Positions 25,394-39,290 of a stretch of 64,000 nt of DNA are shown piece after piece. The position numbers were made by a program, and so were the translations under genes. Positions within the stretch are counted from its first letter, which is position 1, and every line of letters begins with the position of its first letter. The notes below the pieces were generated by a model. It was not told where the DNA came from. It did not search any database and worked only from the letters and a program-made list of their open reading frames with translations. Origin of the DNA: the human T2T-CHM13v2.0 reference genome, Homo sapiens; the NCBI RefSeq assembly GCF_009914755.1, contig NC_060942.1; one strand, written 5' to 3'.

Positions 25394-26114
25394 AAGACAC
25401 TTCCGCTTTTTATCTCTTCTTTTAATATATTTTCCTTCATAGGTTTCCTCAATTATGAGGTTATCCTATAAACATGAGTAACTTTAATTTTATATTCCCA
25501 CCTCTCTGCTGTCTTAAGCACCAGCAAAATTATACGTTAGTTATAAAGAAAAACATTGCTCAGGACTCCAAGTCCTTGGCTTTCATCCCTCCATGGCCTG
25601 CCACCCTGCTGCATCCTCCAGGCAAGGGAACACGACTTCCAGCTACAAGTTTGAACTCAGACACCTATCTGGTCTCTTTCTTACCTGTGTTGCCTGGCCA
25701 CATATGAAATATAAAGATTAATTTTCTCCATGTAGTTAAAGGCCTGGGTGGTGGGAGGAAGGAAGGGCAGAGTAAGCGTCCGCTCTTTCTGGAAGTTTCC
25801 ATCCTAGTTCCTCTCTGGGTTTCTAAGGTGTAGGAAGGGTTTAAAGATAGAATGGAGTGCCACCATAGCAGGACAAGTCCTAACACCCGCCTGCCTTACC
25901 ACACCAGCTGCAGGAGAAAACAGTTCTAACAGGGAGACAATTTAAAGAGGAAACGGTCCCTACATGCAGAAGAGAGAGCACTAACCACTCCACTCCTCCC
26001 TTGTGCCCTCACCCCAAATGTCGTGATGTGCGTGTGATTTTGACCACTGGGGCTCCTCCTTGGGTAGAGGGAGGAGAGTGTGCACCACTAGCCCATGGTT
26101 CCCGGTGTGTCAGG

Positions 26115-26515
26115 GCTTATCTGGGACCTCAAACTTAGCATATCTAAAACCAAACCCTTATCTTTTCCCCAAACCAAATCCCCTTTCAGACTTCTCAGTT
26201 TCTGTCAGCTGTAACATCACAATCATATTCATCGAAACCTTACAAACCATTTCAGATTATTTTCCTTTAATCAGTCAACAAATATTTTTGATTCTTCTTC
26301 AGAACTATTCATCTTTAAAGTGACTTTTGTGTCCCCTTGGGATCATCTTTTGTTACCTCCCAACTGGATTATTGCCAAAGCTTTCTGGGACTGTCTCACT
26401 GACTCTGCCCATCACCCCATCTGGCTTTGCTGCCATCTTGATATTAAGCTTTCTAAAAGGGTGACTTCCTAACGTTATTCATCTTACTAAAAACCTCTAA
26501 GGCCTCCATCAGAGG
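26115..26515 (+). mobile_element. L2 fragment
   Basis: 'cctcaaacttagcatatctaaaaccaaac' and 'ctggattattgccaaagc'. Confidence 0.7.
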
Positions 26516-26671
26516 AACAAGAACTACTGTGAAGTAATGGACATTGAACTGACAATGAGCAACTAGAATTTATATAACGAAATAACTTTTTTTGAAAAAA
26601 GTATAGTCAGGTTACTGTTGAATAATGAAGTCTAGAAGAATCAAGACTAGGAAGACCTAAATTTAACCCAC

Positions 26672-27056
<385 letters not shown>

Positions 27057-27106
27057 TAACCCATTTTAGAACTCAAGTGTATGAAACACTTTAGAAAACA
27101 GTTTCA

Positions 27107-27406
27107 GCTGGGCATGGTGGTTCACGCCTGTAATCCCAGCACTTTGGTAGGCTAAGGCAGGCAGATCACCTGAGGTCAGGAGTTCAAGACCAGCATGACC
27201 AACATGGCAAAACCCTGTCACTACTACTAATACAAAAATTATTAGCTGAGCATGGTGGCATGCACCTGTAATCCTACCTACTCAGGAGGTTGAAACACGC
27301 AAATTGCTTGAACCTGGGCAGTAGAGGTTGCAGTGAGCAGAGATGGCACCACTGCACTCCAGCCTTGGCAATGAAGTGAGACTCCACATCAAAAAGAAAA
27401 GAAAAA
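27107..27406 (+). mobile_element. AluS
   Basis: Full Alu; perfect 14-bp TSD agaaaacagtttca (27093-27106 / 27407-27420). Confidence 0.96.
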
Positions 27407-28892
27407 AGAAAACAGTTTCAATTGGAACAGAAATCCCAACTGCAGATTGCTTTGAAGTGAGTGAAGAAGAGCCATCTTTTGGGCAGCTAGAATGCAGGCC
27501 TGAGGAGGACACTAGACAATTAGTTTTGAATAATGCACAAAAATAAGCATTTTCCTTCATGGAAGCCAAAAATGCATAGTCTATTACTACCCCTCTTCAA
27601 CTAGCACATGAACCTTAGCAGCTGATAAAATTTATCTATGCTTAAAATAGGTAATCCCTTTTCTGTCCCTACCATGTATGTCCAAAGCTGACCCCGGTAA
27701 TCAATCCACTCCCTCCTGGTCAGCCTCTATGTGGTCAAGGTCTCCTGCTTGGTACATTGCTCCTTCTCCATTCCTGTTCCACATTCCATCATAGACACAA
27801 GCATATACGTGAGATGCCACTAGGAATTCTGAAAGGAATGAGAAAGTATACCTGGCCTGACTAACCCCTCCTTTCTCCCGTCCATCTTTTTACAAACATT
27901 TGGTATCTACTATGTGCTGAACACATTACCATGCATTTTTTCAAAGGTGAAAGTAAATATTATATAGTTTTTATCTTCACAGTACTTACTCTGTATGTTA
28001 TGGTTGAACTCTCTCCCTCACTCCCCTCTCTCTCTCTCTCTCTGTTTCTCTCATGCATTCATACATGAATGCACACAAGACTATAATATTGGGATTAAAT
28101 ACGAATTGCATATTGTCTCCATTTCTATTGTGCCTTGTATTATAGGGTCAAGTAAGTGTTAGAATGATTTGAATCTACTGGGCCTCATTGGCCTTAGCCT
28201 TCTGCAAGTAGAGCCTTCCTCCCAGGGAATTCAGACAGCTTGGGAACCCCAAGCAAGATAGAAGTGGAGAGAGACTAGAACAACAAATAGAAGTGCCAGA
28301 GGAGGCAAACAGAAAATCTGGTCCCCTTTTGCATACATTTTCTATATCGAACCAATGTTTTAACAGCGGAATGCTCCAAAGGGCATAGATTGGTGGTGTG
28401 GCCTCCATTTCTCCTGAAGGCTTTGTTCTTCCAGACTACTCAGTCTGTTGTTAATCCTCCTGCAGACAGTAAATGGTCCAGGTAAGGGCTTCATTCGTGG
28501 CTGCTTTTAAGAGATACTGAATGAGAGAGTCCTTGGGAGGTCAACAATTAAATCTAGATACATGAAGATGACAGAATAGGACAATAAATATTTGGGAGCT
28601 TGCTAATTTGTGAAAGTGTCCTGCTCAGTTCCATTTGGGCTTCCTGAGAAATGTCTAGACCACAGCTGGACACCACATGGGCCCAGAGTTTGATTTCCTT
28701 GAACAGAATTTCAACTGTAATACAGGCAAATAAGCAACTATGAGGACTCCTCGGAGGATACTTCCCATCCTCCATCTCTGAATGCTAGGAACACAAAAGC
28801 CAGAGGTTGGAGGAAAGTAGAAAGTAGAGATTTTATTTTATTTTATTTTATTTATTTATTTTTGCCATCCAAGGGATGGAATGGTATAACAG

Positions 28893-29447
28893 TGTTGCTA
28901 GTTTTTAATGACCATACAATTTTTGATTCTCCTCCCATCAAGAAGTGAGATCTTTGAACCCTCCCCTTGAATCTGGGTGGGCTTCTGTGACCACTTTGAC
29001 CAATTAAGCATGATGGAAGCAATGCTTGTGACTGCCGATGTTAGGTCATAACAGGCCATGCAACTTCCACCTTGTGCTCTTGGAATACTCATTTTGGGGA
29101 AAACCAGGACCCCTGCAAGAAATTCAAATAATCTGCAGCTACTGTGCTGCAGATGCTAAATGAGAGGGCTTTGTCAACAGTCCCAGCTGAGCCCCACTTT
29201 CCAGCCGTCCCCACCAAGGCACCAGACATGTAAGTCAGGCTGTCTTGGCTCCTTCAGACCAGCCCTTCTGCCAGCTGAGAACCACTTATTTATTATTGGT
29301 AAATGCTGGGTATGAAAAAAAAAAACAACCAAATGAGCCCTGCCTGAATTCCTGAACTATGCAATCCATAGGATATAATAAAATGGATATTGTCTTAAGC
29401 TTCTAAGTTTAGGGAGGGTTTGCTATGCAGCAATGCTGCCCGGAACA
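28893..29447 (+). mobile_element. MLT1G/H-type MaLR LTR
   Basis: 'cccatcaagaagtg...ccccttgaatctggg', 'caaggcaccagacatgt', 'tttgctatgcagcaat...aaca'. Confidence 0.8.
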
Positions 29448-29590
29448 GAAGGGCGCATGGCCTGAGGGTAAACTGTCAAAGGTCCTGCTGAGGGTGATCT
29501 GGGATGGAGAGGAATGATTGTTCACAAGTTGATGCTGCCAAGTGGGTCTGAATTGGAGGGCAGGGAAGATAAGGATGCTCCTCCATTGGC

Positions 29591-29911
29591 TTTTTTTTTC
29601 TTTTACTTTTTATTTTTCTTTTTTAAGATAGGGTCTCATTCTGTCACCCAGGCTGGAGTGCAGTGGCAAGAACGTGGCTCACTGCAGGCTTGACCTCCTG
29701 GGCACAAGGGATCCTGCTGCCTCAACCTCCCATGTAGCTGGGACCACAGACACATGCCGTCATGTCCAGCTAATTTTTTTTATTTATCTATTTTTTGTAG
29801 TGATTGGGGTCTTACTTTGTTGTCCAGGTTGGTCTTGAACTCCTGGTCTCAAGAGATCCTCCCACCTCAGCCTCCCAAAGGGATTACAGGTGTGAGCCAC
29901 TACACCCAGCC
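29591..29911 (-). mobile_element. AluJ
   Basis: Diverged antisense Alu; TSD-like ccattggctttt / ccactggctttt. Confidence 0.92.
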
Positions 29912-30050
29912 CCCACTGGCTTTTGAAATAGGAATACTATCAAAACCCTCACACTCTTAACTCCCTATTGAATAACAAGCCTCTACTGAAGTCACAATAG
30001 GCAAGGGTCCTGACAACCTATTTTGTGGCCCCACTGTGTTACTTAAGGAT

Positions 30051-30504
30051 TGTATTAGTTGACTAGGGTTGCCATGACAAAATACCACAAACTAGGTAAC
30101 TTAAGCAACATAAAGCTATGATCTTACAGTTCTGGAGGCTAGATGTCTGAAATCAAGGTGTCTGTAGCGTTGGCTCCCTCCTAGGCCTGTGAAGTAGAAT
30201 CTGTTCCATGCTTCTCTGCCAGTTTCTGATGGTTTTCTGGCAATCTTGGGCATTCCTGGGCTTATGGAAGCTCACCCCAGTCTCTGCCTTCATCTTCACA
30301 TGGTGTTTCTGTGTGAATATCTATGTTCAAATGTTTCCTTTTTATAAGGACACCAGTCTTACTGAATTAGAGCCCATCCAATGACTTCTTCATAACTCAG
30401 CAAATTACATCTGCAATAACCTTATTTCCAAATCTGGTCACATTCTGAGGTACTAGTATTAGGGTTCCAACCTATGAATTTTGGGGGCAATTCAACCCAT
30501 AATA
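30051..30504 (-). mobile_element. MLT1B/C MaLR LTR
   Basis: 'tgtattagtt...aaaataccacaaact...cagttctggaggctag' ... 'caattcaacccataata'. Confidence 0.88.
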
Positions 30505-31884
30505 CGAGCTGCGTAATCTTGTACTATTATGGAAAATAATAATAAACCTCCGCTATTAGCTCAAAGAGATGCTGAGGGAGTTAAATAATCTAGGTAAACT
30601 GGAAAAGGCTGTGCATTGGTTTCAATGCCGAAATCTCCCTGCTCCCACCCTGAGCGACGCAGCATGCGAGGTGTGAGGTGTGATGTCCCACAAGCCAGGT
30701 GCTCAGATGCTGTGCCTACATGAGGGTGTGGGCTGAATGGGAGTCTCGGTGGCATTTTGCAAGGGGATTTTTTTGTCTGGTGTTTCTGTGCTGCGTGGGA
30801 TGGAGCTCATTTATGTTATTTTCACTTCCTACATTAGCAATGGCAGGTGCACAGTTATGGAGAACTTCATCCCTCCCTGTCTGCTTCAGGGGTTTGTGTG
30901 TGGTCAAGTGGGACTGAAGAAAAGTAGCACACTCAACACAAGGGGTACAAGACAGCAAAGAATTCCATCCAGGCTACTTCTCTCATGCTGTCCAGCTGGG
31001 ACAGGTCACAAGAAGGGGGTAATATTTTAGAGATCTTAAGGCAGGGATCTCAGAGTCCAGGAGACAAAGATGACTGCTGAAATTCATCACCTGCAGCCAC
31101 TTCTCTCCTTCCTCAGCTCACTCTCAATGGACACTTGACCCATTACCCCCGGAGCCCTTGAAGCAGATGAACACAGCAGCAGTGTGTCCATGACTGCCAG
31201 GGGAGAGATGCCTTGGGAAGCCCTGTCAGAGGGGCCTGAGTTTACAGGAAAAGTCTAGTTTCCCAGCAAGGGAGACAGGCATTTTTTACTCATTTTATCA
31301 AGGCCAAGTTGATTTGGAACCAGTGCCCACTGATTGCCTGAATGGAGGTCAGGACTGTGTCGAAAATCTGGGCACATTTCCCTTTAAGCATTTGCACGTT
31401 CCATATTTGAAAGCCAAATCTGAGTCCAGGGACAAAATCTGCTTTAGTGAGGGCATCTGGGTGTCCTGGGATGAGATTGTGCAAAGCAGCCCATCAGAAT
31501 TCCAGGCCCTGGGATCTTCCATGAAACCTCCCTCCGGTTTTACTGGGATAAAATGAAGATGAGATGACTGAAACCAAAGCTCCTAGGGAAGGAGAAATCT
31601 CAAGGAATAGTGTATCAGCTGACATTCTCTGGGGCTGCTATCTCAAAGCCTAAAGCAGAGAAACGGAAAAAGTCTGCTCCCCGGTAAGAAGAAAATCACC
31701 AGTTTGAATTGCAGAATATGCACTCAATTCACCCTCTATCCATCATACAGATGGGCATCTCCCTGCAGCTTTGTCCTGTCTCTTTTGCATCCTTCCCCTC
31801 CCCATGCCTGTTCTCTTCTCCTCTACAATTATGTTCTTGACTCTATGTGTGTCATAGAAAGAAATAAAATTTCAGGTTTAGGAG

Positions 31885-32180
31885 CTGGGGTTCTCAAAGT
31901 ATGCTCTGAGGTCAACCTACATCAGAATTACCTCTTAGGATAGAGAAAGGCATCAAAAATCAGAGTTCCCAGCTCTGTCTTAAGCCTGTAGAAAAAGCAA
32001 TTTCTGGAGGTGGCATCTGTTTAGGTTCTTGGTATCAAAGTGCGGTCCGAGGATCAGCAACACCAACAGCACCTGGAAGCTTGTTAGAAATGCAGGCTCT
32101 CAGGCGACATCCTGGACCCACTGAGTCAGTGACTGCATTTTAGCAAGCAAGCCCTTCCCTCCCCACCGCAGGTGAATCCC
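31885..32180. mobile_element. Two adjacent MER5-family fragments
   Basis: 'gttctcaaagtatg...catcagaattacct' and 'tcaaagtgcggtcc...cacctggaagcttgttagaaatgcag'. Confidence 0.7.
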
Positions 32181-34842
32181 AGAGGCATTTATGCATATTA
32201 ATGCTAAAGGGTCTATTAATTATCTGACCCTCCAGACCCAGAGCTGGGTTTCCCACCCAACCCTGTGGTCTTAGTAGCAAGACAATGATTCAAGAGACAC
32301 TTTGGCCAGCTGCCCTTGATTTCCATTCTATTTCATCTGGATTAAAATAGCAAAGAAACTACAAAGCAGCTTCTTGGGACCTGACTTGTCAGCATCGTAT
32401 CTTCCCTGCCCCCACCCTGACACTGTCTTTAGACTTCACATTTCCTGATTTGCAAAGCACAAACAATATTTATTATAGCACCAGTGGAATCTTTGCGTGG
32501 AATAAGAGACCCAGCTTTATCCATTCACATTTGGTCTAGCACTTCTTTTCGAATATGGCCAATATTATTTCTAGGTGCCTCACACTGACCTTTCAGTGAA
32601 GCACTCGTATGTGTATAAAATACCTATGAAGTGATAAAAAGAAATTGATGGTTACTTCCAGGGAAAGAAAGAAGGTGGCTTTGAAAAATGGGTGGGTGAG
32701 ATGTCTTCCTGTATTCCCATTTGTAACCACTGAGGTATGAACCTTTACCAAGAAAAAATAAATTTAAAGTAGAAATCGAATTGAAAATGATCCCATCTCT
32801 TAATTATCCTACTCAGAGACATTTGCCAGCTCTCATTCCTCCTGCATGGTTGTGAATGTTTTTGTTGGTAAATCAACCGTGCTTGTATGTCCCCCAGCTC
32901 TGGATGCAGAGCCAAACATTTGCGTATCGATTAAAAGATGCATTCTTGGAGGTGAAAAGAGAAGAAATTTGAGGGTGGAGAAAAAGGAAAGAAAAAAGAA
33001 ATAGCATATACGACAACACAAAGATTTAACCTAGAAAAAACTAGAAGCTTAGGGGAAATTGGAAATTGTATGATAGGCTTCTCTACTTGTCCCCTTCTAG
33101 CTTTATTTATTTTGTTCCAAAAATCATGACATGCTGCTAACAGAAACTGAAGTGTCTAGGGTCACCTGAAGCTCATCTTCCTTGAATGGCTTCCCAAATG
33201 TTGCCCCAAATCACTGTTATACATTCTGGGATCCATGGAAATGACAATAAGACCTCCAGTTACCATTTTGCACAAATATTGAATGATGTGGGATATAGGA
33301 CAGGAAAAGGGTAAAAATAAAGTTACTTTCTGGACCTTCTTGGAAGAAGTCCCAATCTCATGACTTCATTTTGAAATGGCAGGAAAAACAAAACACATTG
33401 AAATAGGGTTTCAGTAGCAGCCCCAACTTAGACGAATGCACAGAGAACTGCTGAAGTGTTCAAAATACTGCCAACTGGCACTTACATATGCAAATGAGTT
33501 ACAAATGTGAGGGTCCAAATTTTGGGTTATGTGTGCCAGGACCGAGGGGACAGAGAGAGCATGTGTCTATTTCCAGACTGCACCTTTTTTAGAAGCTTAT
33601 TTCTACATTGTCAGCTTCCCTGAAACCTTTATCTCACATTTTGAATGATAAACATATTTTTAATTCTATAACCTGATAGACATTTCAAAGAGACTATTCT
33701 GTGTATCTGGAGGTGGTATCTTGGTTTAAAGAACCACAGTGTTGAACAACATGTCTCTCATCAATAGCATCATTTTTTTTTTTTTTAAGATCATCAAGGT
33801 CTGATCTGCTGGCAAAATGCTTTTGCTGAAAAATAAAAATGTCACTAGGACCCAGGGTTTAATGAAGATGCACTAAAAAAGATGCACTACATTTTTATTC
33901 TCCTCCAAGAAAATCTATTATAGTGTTTCAAAAGTGAGATGTCATCCTCAAAATGTCTTTTTCTTCTTGGCTTCATGTACAGGAGTTAAGCCAGAGCTAA
34001 CTCACAAAGCGCTTCCTTGGTTTCCTCACTCCCAAATTGCTGCTGCTCGCATCCCTGATCTAGTCACACACTGGGCCTGGCTTTGCCCTGGGAAAGACAG
34101 CGCATCGACCCTCCTGCTGGGTGGATACTCACCCCAGTGACCAAGGTCCTTCCCAACTGCTGGGTCTCCTTGTGGTTCTCTGTTCATCTTGCTCTGTACC
34201 TGTCTTGCCCTTCCGGGTCTCCTGGCTCTCGCCTATTTACAAAGTACTGGGTTTTGCATCTAGCCTTATCGCCTGACATTTATATCCTGGTTTTTATCTG
34301 TACACCTGGCCTCTGACCTGCCCCTTGCTCTAAATATCATGCTTCACAGGTGCCTTGTCTGGCCTGCTGACTCCTTGGTGACTCAACGCCCTCTCAAAGC
34401 TCTATCATGCCAAGTTCTTGCATTAGAACAATTGTTTCTGATTCCCCTGGCTGCATCCAATTGGTGGGCATGCATAACCTCTGATTCAGTTTAATCCAGT
34501 CCAGAGTTATTAAAAAAGCAGATTTAACCAAAGCAGTACCTTTTTGCTAGTTACTGTACTGAAGTCACAAACACAACAGAGACAAATAAAGAGCAACAAA
34601 ATCCTCAAATAAACATACATCTAATAAAAAATTACAAATAATTAATATGTGCCATCATACTTGAGCCATGAATAAAAAAGTATTTCATTTGGGGAAAAGG
34701 GAAGAGAGAAGCTGCAATGTCCACTTTCTGCAAGTCTCCACAACAGAGTGTACATGAGAGGGAAATGAATTCCAGGCTCTTCTTGCCAGAAATGCAACCT
34801 GTCTTCCCAAATTGAAGTCCCACGCTTCTCTTACCAAGAACT

Positions 34843-35295
34843 GTGCAGGGACTGGGATTTTACCCTACTTAAAATAAACTAGATTGTTATTGTTTCATGC
34901 ATATCAGCAGAGGAAACAAGACTCCAGGGTCAGAGACAAAGGACTTTATTACTCACAGCAAAAGCTATAGCTAGTTGTTCATTTTCTTACAGGCTCCCCA
35001 GTCTCCTAGTCCCATGCAGGCAATGCAAGTGCCCATCATGGTTGCCTGCATATGCAGTAGGTTGCATCATAAGAGAAGCACACTGAGCTTAAGGGACTCA
35101 CCATTAGCATGCAGAAGCAAGCCTGCTTTGGGGGGAAAGACATTACCTCATCCTTCAAGGTTGCTCATTGCTAATACTCTGAGAAACATAAGTGTCAAGT
35201 ATCTTGATCAGAAGTTATTGGGGCTTTGTACTCTTGGCATACTCAGCAAGAATGTGCAGGACTTTCAGGGCCCATGGTGGACTGCTTCTCCCACT
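34843..35295 (-). mobile_element. ERVL LTR (MER76-like)
   Basis: 'gattttaccctactt...gactccagggtcagagacaaaggactttattactcacagc'; family name recalled and uncertain. Confidence 0.6.
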
Positions 35296-35339
35296 GCTCT
35301 CAGCTCTACTCTACAGAGGCCCTGCATGCACCTGTGCCC

Positions 35340-35610
35340 GGCCGTGGCTCATGGTCATACTGTTCCTCCTCTGTGAAATGCTGTCTGCTGAATCTCCACC
35401 CAAGGGGTGTGATCATTCTTCAAGGATCTCTGCAGAGATCTCTTTCCCCTATGAAGGCTTTCCTGAATCCTCTTCTTCCTCTGAGAAGATGCTTCTCCTG
35501 CATCCAAGAATGTGCATAGCATTTGCCATGTTCTTTCTTTTCTGAACATTAACTGTATACATGTCTGACTCTCCTCCAGAGTGGAAGGGCCCCATGCAGC
35601 CTTATGCCAC
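35340..35610 (+). mobile_element. L2 fragment
   Basis: 'catactgttcctcctctgtgaaatgc', 'cattcttcaagg' and 'gaaggctttcctga'. Confidence 0.5.
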
Positions 35611-35724
35611 GTACAAGGCCATGAACATATTAGACAAACAAAACTGACCATGAGAGAGACACATGGGAGGGAAAAATGTTAAAACCTAAAGAAAAAAATT
35701 ATAGATATATGCCTTTCCAATTTT

Positions 35725-36960
35725 GCTTTCTAAATACCATTCCCTAACAAAAAGAACCAGGACTATAAAAATTTAATTTTAGAAAAAGAAAAACCAGGGC
35801 TCCTTGGAGAAGTGGTTGATTCTAAGTTCGAGGCAGGGAAAACACAAGATAAGCCTAGAACATCTTGTGGTGCCATAAAAAGAGGGTCTGAGAAAGAATG
35901 GGGGCATTCGGAAAGAACTCAGGAGGCAGCTTGCAGGATTTCCCAATGGCCAATGCTGGAACAACTTCAGCAACTAAATAAATAACAATAATATTATATT
36001 ACTAGCATGAGGATGCCCAAAGAATAAAAGAAATATTCATGAGTCCATACTGATATAAATAAATGATAGAATAAATAAATAAAAGGAAAAAAAAGGACAA
36101 CTCTTTCCTACAAGATAATTCCAATTAATAAATGTAGAAGATATGATGAAAATAGAAAACCCCTATCAGAACACTATAGTAATCATCACTGTAGGCAAGA
36201 TTCACCCATGAACGCTTATACTAGCAGGCAAAAGTTTAAAGAGGAACAAATTTTGGCATAGTCTCAAAGTATCTTCCCAAAAACAAGAGGGAAAGTGATT
36301 ATTTACAGTGGCGAGACCTAGCAGACATCACCTAACCCAAGCGATCAATGATAACATCACTGACGTTGTGAAAGGCACGTCCTCCCTGTGGCTTTTGTTC
36401 CCAAAATATGTGACCTAAATCTACTCATGAGAAAAAAGTCAGACAAGCAAACTGAGGAACATTTTACCAAAAAAATCACCAGTTCTCCTGAGAAATGTCA
36501 AGGTTGTAAATGACAAAAAGGACTGAGGAACTGTCACAGATCAGTGAAGACTAAAAAGACACAACAGTTAAACAGCAATGAGATTTTGTGCACATCTTCC
36601 GTTCCAAGGGGGCTGCATTTACTGAGCTCTAGCCTGAAGTGGTCAAGCAGGAATGCGAGCCTGGTGTAGCCAAACCTTCCATTTTTTCAAAGAAGTTGGG
36701 AATCCATTTTTTAGATGTTTTATTGAATACTGGCAGCTGGCGGGGGGTAAAGACGTGCATGAAAAAAACTGGTGAAATTCTAATGAAGTCTATAGTGAGT
36801 GTTGCACCAATATAAGTGTCTTAGTCTTGATAATTGTGCCATGATTTTGTAAGATGTTAGCATTAAATGTGGCTGGGGGAAGTGTATGTGGCAAGTCTCT
36901 GCAACATGTTTGCAACTGCTCTATATGTCTAAAATTGTTTCAAAATTTTAAAAAAGTTTT
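35725..36960 (+). mobile_element. L1MC4-type 3' region (interrupted at 36588-36738)
   Basis: 'ccagggctccttggagaa', 'gagtccatactgatataaat', 'ttccaattaataaatgtagaag', 'aaactggtgaaatt' and terminal 'tctaaaattgtttcaaaa'. Confidence 0.85.
36588..36738 (+). mobile_element. Internal MER102-like fragment without termini
   Basis: About 80% similar by eye to 38871-39010; MER102-like core 'ggaatgcgagcctggtgtagcc...gaagttgggaatcc'. Confidence 0.7.
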
Positions 36961-36989
36961 AGAAAAACAATATAGTGAGAATTTATGGA

Positions 36990-37190
36990 TAATATTGCTA
37001 AGCACTTTATATATATTGACTCTATGATGAAGATTATCGGGTACCTCCATTGTACCCATTTTATAACTGATGAAACTGAGGCACAGGGAGGTTAAGTAAC
37101 TTGTCTAAATTACCCAGTTAATAAGGAGGGAGGCCGAGATTGAATCCAGGTGTTCTGACTCCAGAACCTGTGCTCTTAGCCATGTTGCCT
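36990..37190 (-). mobile_element. MIR
   Basis: 'gaaactgaggcacagggaggttaagtaacttg' and 'tctgactccagaacctgtgctctt'. Confidence 0.88.
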
Positions 37191-37396
37191 TATTGGACAA
37201 GGGCACTGTGGTTCTTAGGAATAGTGTTTTGTTTTTTCCTGAGTTTTCCAAGCTCCAGAGTAGAAGTCATTGATAACTGGGAAGCTACTATGTCCCAAGC
37301 ACATATATAATCTCCAAATCATTTCAGGAGGTCTGTCATCTTATTCTGATTTTACAGATGAAGAAACTAAGGCCCAGAGAAGTATGCCAGATGCTA

Positions 37397-37705
37397 TTTT
37401 TATTTTATTTATTTATTTATTTTAGAGTCAGGGTCTCACTCTGTCGCCCAGGCTGGAGTGCAGTGGCATGATTACAGCTCACTGCAACTTTGAGCTCCTG
37501 GGCTCAAGTAATCCTCATGCCTCAGCCTCCCAAGCAGCTAGGACTACAGGCACACACCACCACGCCCAGCTGATCTTTAAATTTTTTGTAGAGATGGAAT
37601 CTCACCATGTTGCCCAGGCTGGTCTCAAACTCCTGACCTCAAGAGATCCTCCAGCCTTAGCTTCCAAAGTATTGGGATTACAGGAGTCAGCCACCATGCC
37701 TGGCC
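37397..37705 (-). mobile_element. AluJ inserted beside a MIR fragment
   Basis: Antisense Alu with (TTTA)n tail; MIR core at ~37280-37385. Confidence 0.93.
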
Positions 37706-38784
37706 CAGACATTGTTTTTGATAGTACAGTCTTTGTTTTTCTACTGTCTTCCCAAAAGCCAGAGTTACAAAGTCTGAAAACTTAATTTTCCAGAGTCCGG
37801 GGTCAGTGGGTCCCTGGTTGGATTCCACCCAGGAGAGCCCTTGTGTGGGATTGGCTGCCCTGTGGCTGCAGCCAAGCCGAAGCACAGACTGCAGGCTGCA
37901 GATGGAAGGTTCTGCCTGTGGTTTCCAGGAGGCTTCCAAAGAATGACCTCGTTGGCTGAGACCAATGGAGTCAGCTTCCCTACAATCCTTGTGTTTCCAG
38001 AAATCTTGGTATTTACTTTCCCAGACTCTATTTCTGCTTCAAACCTGATAGGCATTTCCCAACTGAGGATGTTAAGTTCCCCTGGCCTGTGAGCATCACT
38101 ATGACCGAAACTCACCTATCAGGTTGGACACCTTCAGTTACTCCAGCCTGAACTGAGCTGACTTTTATTACCGACCTCCCTGACAGTTTTACACATTGTG
38201 ATTCTCCTGCTCCCCAGCAAGGACAGAATTAGAAGCATATAATTCCACGGATTCTCCCAATTCCCTTTTTCTACTGCTGTGGTTCCAATGCACATCATCC
38301 TCAAAGCCAAGTTGATGGCGACAGGCAGCCAACATCAAGTTCAATACTCACACGAAGGAACTTTGTAAACTTTACAAACTGCAAAGTGCTAGTAAAAATT
38401 AACTCTTCTCTTTGATTGCATGAACCACTGTCCAATTTTGTCCCTAGAAACCTGGCTCATAAAATGAAATTTAAAAGGATATATTTACTTAGTAATTAAT
38501 GTTAGGAAAGTATCAAACACAAGCTCAACACATTAATAGGTGTGGATCTCTAGCGATTCTATTTAAACAATACTAATGTTGCAGATTTCGGTTTACTCTG
38601 TCAAATTTGATATAAGCAGCCATTTCTGGCAAACGTTGCTGATATTCAGTTAATATAAACACTAACCAGGTCTTCTCTTCAACAGGAAGAGTTTTAGATT
38701 GAGTTTGATGGGTACAATACTATGTGGAAAATAATAAGAAGACGAGGAGAAAGCAGAGTTGGAGCAAAGAGCAACTTCAAAAAC

Positions 38785-39290
38785 AGGGAGTGATACCTAC
38801 TGTCGCAGGTCATGGCAGAGCCATAATGTCCAGAGGGAAAGAGACAGATGGTACACAGAAAGATGGAAGGGTGCACATCTTCCATCTGAGGGGGCTGTGT
38901 TCATTGAGCTCCAGCCAGAAGTGGCCAAACAGGAATGTGGGCCTAGTGTAGCTGGACATTCCAATTTTCTCAGAGAAGTTGGAAATCCATTTTTAAGTGC
39001 TTTATTAAAAACATTCACACATACATGTGAATATATACACATATATACACACATATATACATTTATATATTTGTATATCACATATATAAATTATGTATCA
39101 CATTTATATAAATATATATTTAAATATCACATATATAAATGTGTGTATCTATATATACACACACATATAAATTTATATCACTCTTAAAATATTGGCAACT
39201 AAATTTTATTTTATTAATAAATTTAATAAATAAACTTTATTAAATAAAATAGGGCCTACAATGCAAAATACATCTGCAATTTCTGACTTT
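38785..39290 (+). mobile_element. MER102-like hAT element split by an AT-rich low-complexity tract
   Basis: Core 38871-39010; resumes 'aaatattggcaactaa' at ~39187; termini approximate. Confidence 0.65.
39015..39180. repeat. (TA)/(CA)-rich low-complexity tract
   Basis: Directly visible. Confidence 0.9.

Noticed and set aside
32150-32177. Pyrimidine tract followed by CAG|GTGAAT, resembling a recursive site
   Set aside because: Lies in a MER5 element whose consensus supplies 'caggtga'; weak donor
33488-33495. Octamer ATGCAAAT
   Set aside because: A single 8-mer; a few are expected by chance in 64 kb
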